DNA of 64,000 bases from a virus, in IMG/VR virus record IMGVR_UViG_3300042451_001197, positions 32,001 to 96,000 of that record; one strand, given 5' to 3'. Shown here one piece after another: positions 63,822 to 64,000 of the stretch. How positions within the stretch are numbered: position 1 is the first letter of the stretch; each line of letters opens with the position of its first letter. The notes under the pieces were generated by a model. It searched no databases. It saw only the letters and a program-made list of their open reading frames with translations, and was not told the DNA's origin. Made by a program: the position numbers and the translations under genes.

Positions 63822-64000
63822 TGTTGTTGTTTTAATTGTTTTACAAATATACAAAATTTGTTTTAATCTACCAAATTTATTTTGTTTAAAATTACCCCCA
63901 AAACTATACTATTAGTATTGAAAATCGAATAAAAATAAACAAACCTTAATCAATCATATTAACCCAATCGTTTTTAAAGTCAGGATAGTATAATTTAAAC

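Noticed and set aside
7273-63854. Conserved N-terminal peptide MYLCIM in many tracked ORFs
   Set aside because: It is the translated TTGTATCTTTGTATTATG promoter element; true starts are the downstream ATG
1-64000. Genome-wide stop-codon reassignment (TAG or TGA)
   Set aside because: Genes tile densely under the standard code and recognisable enzymes are intact; TAG ends thyA and the recombinase at their expected C termini
1-64000. Bacterial chromosome or small prophage
   Set aside because: No housekeeping operons; mostly short unknown ORFs with individual promoters and phage-type accessory genes over the entire 64 kb

Overview
AT-rich, gene-dense segment of a large (probably jumbo) dsDNA phage. 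The host is most likely Bacteroidota, judged from dozens of TTTG-N~19-TAnnTTTG host-type promoters, a T9SS-like cargo protein and lipoproteins. No capsid, tail, terminase or polymerase genes lie in the window. Recognisable genes include thyA, an FKBP/SlyD PPIase, a GH19 lysin, an N4C/N6A methyltransferase, three metallophosphoesterases, HExxH peptidases, Nudix, HAD proteins, a short UvrC, a ferritin-like protein and a tyrosine recombinase, among about 120 small hypothetical genes. Highlights: (1) a CRISPR-like array (35-36 nt repeat, 30-31 nt unique spacers, 66 nt period, type VI-B-like) translated in frame inside a gene at 24.8-25.2 kb, with single repeat-30 nt spacer-half-repeat units at the 3' ends of neighbouring paralogues and no cas genes in view; (2) a non-canonical integron-like cassette array (four attC-like hairpins) beside an IntI-like recombinase lacking the IntI-specific insertion at 43.1-45.0 kb, where ORFs start inside the attC loops; (3) a two-class promoter logic in which a TATTTAT motif precedes about 35 proteins, many sharing N-terminal (I/L)xE leaders (candidate capsid-packaged internal proteins); (4) a candidate origin/packaging region at 17.6-21 kb containing a structured RNA between convergent promoters; (5) two aberrant tRNA-like RNAs. 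All functional calls come from visual motif recognition; no searches were run.
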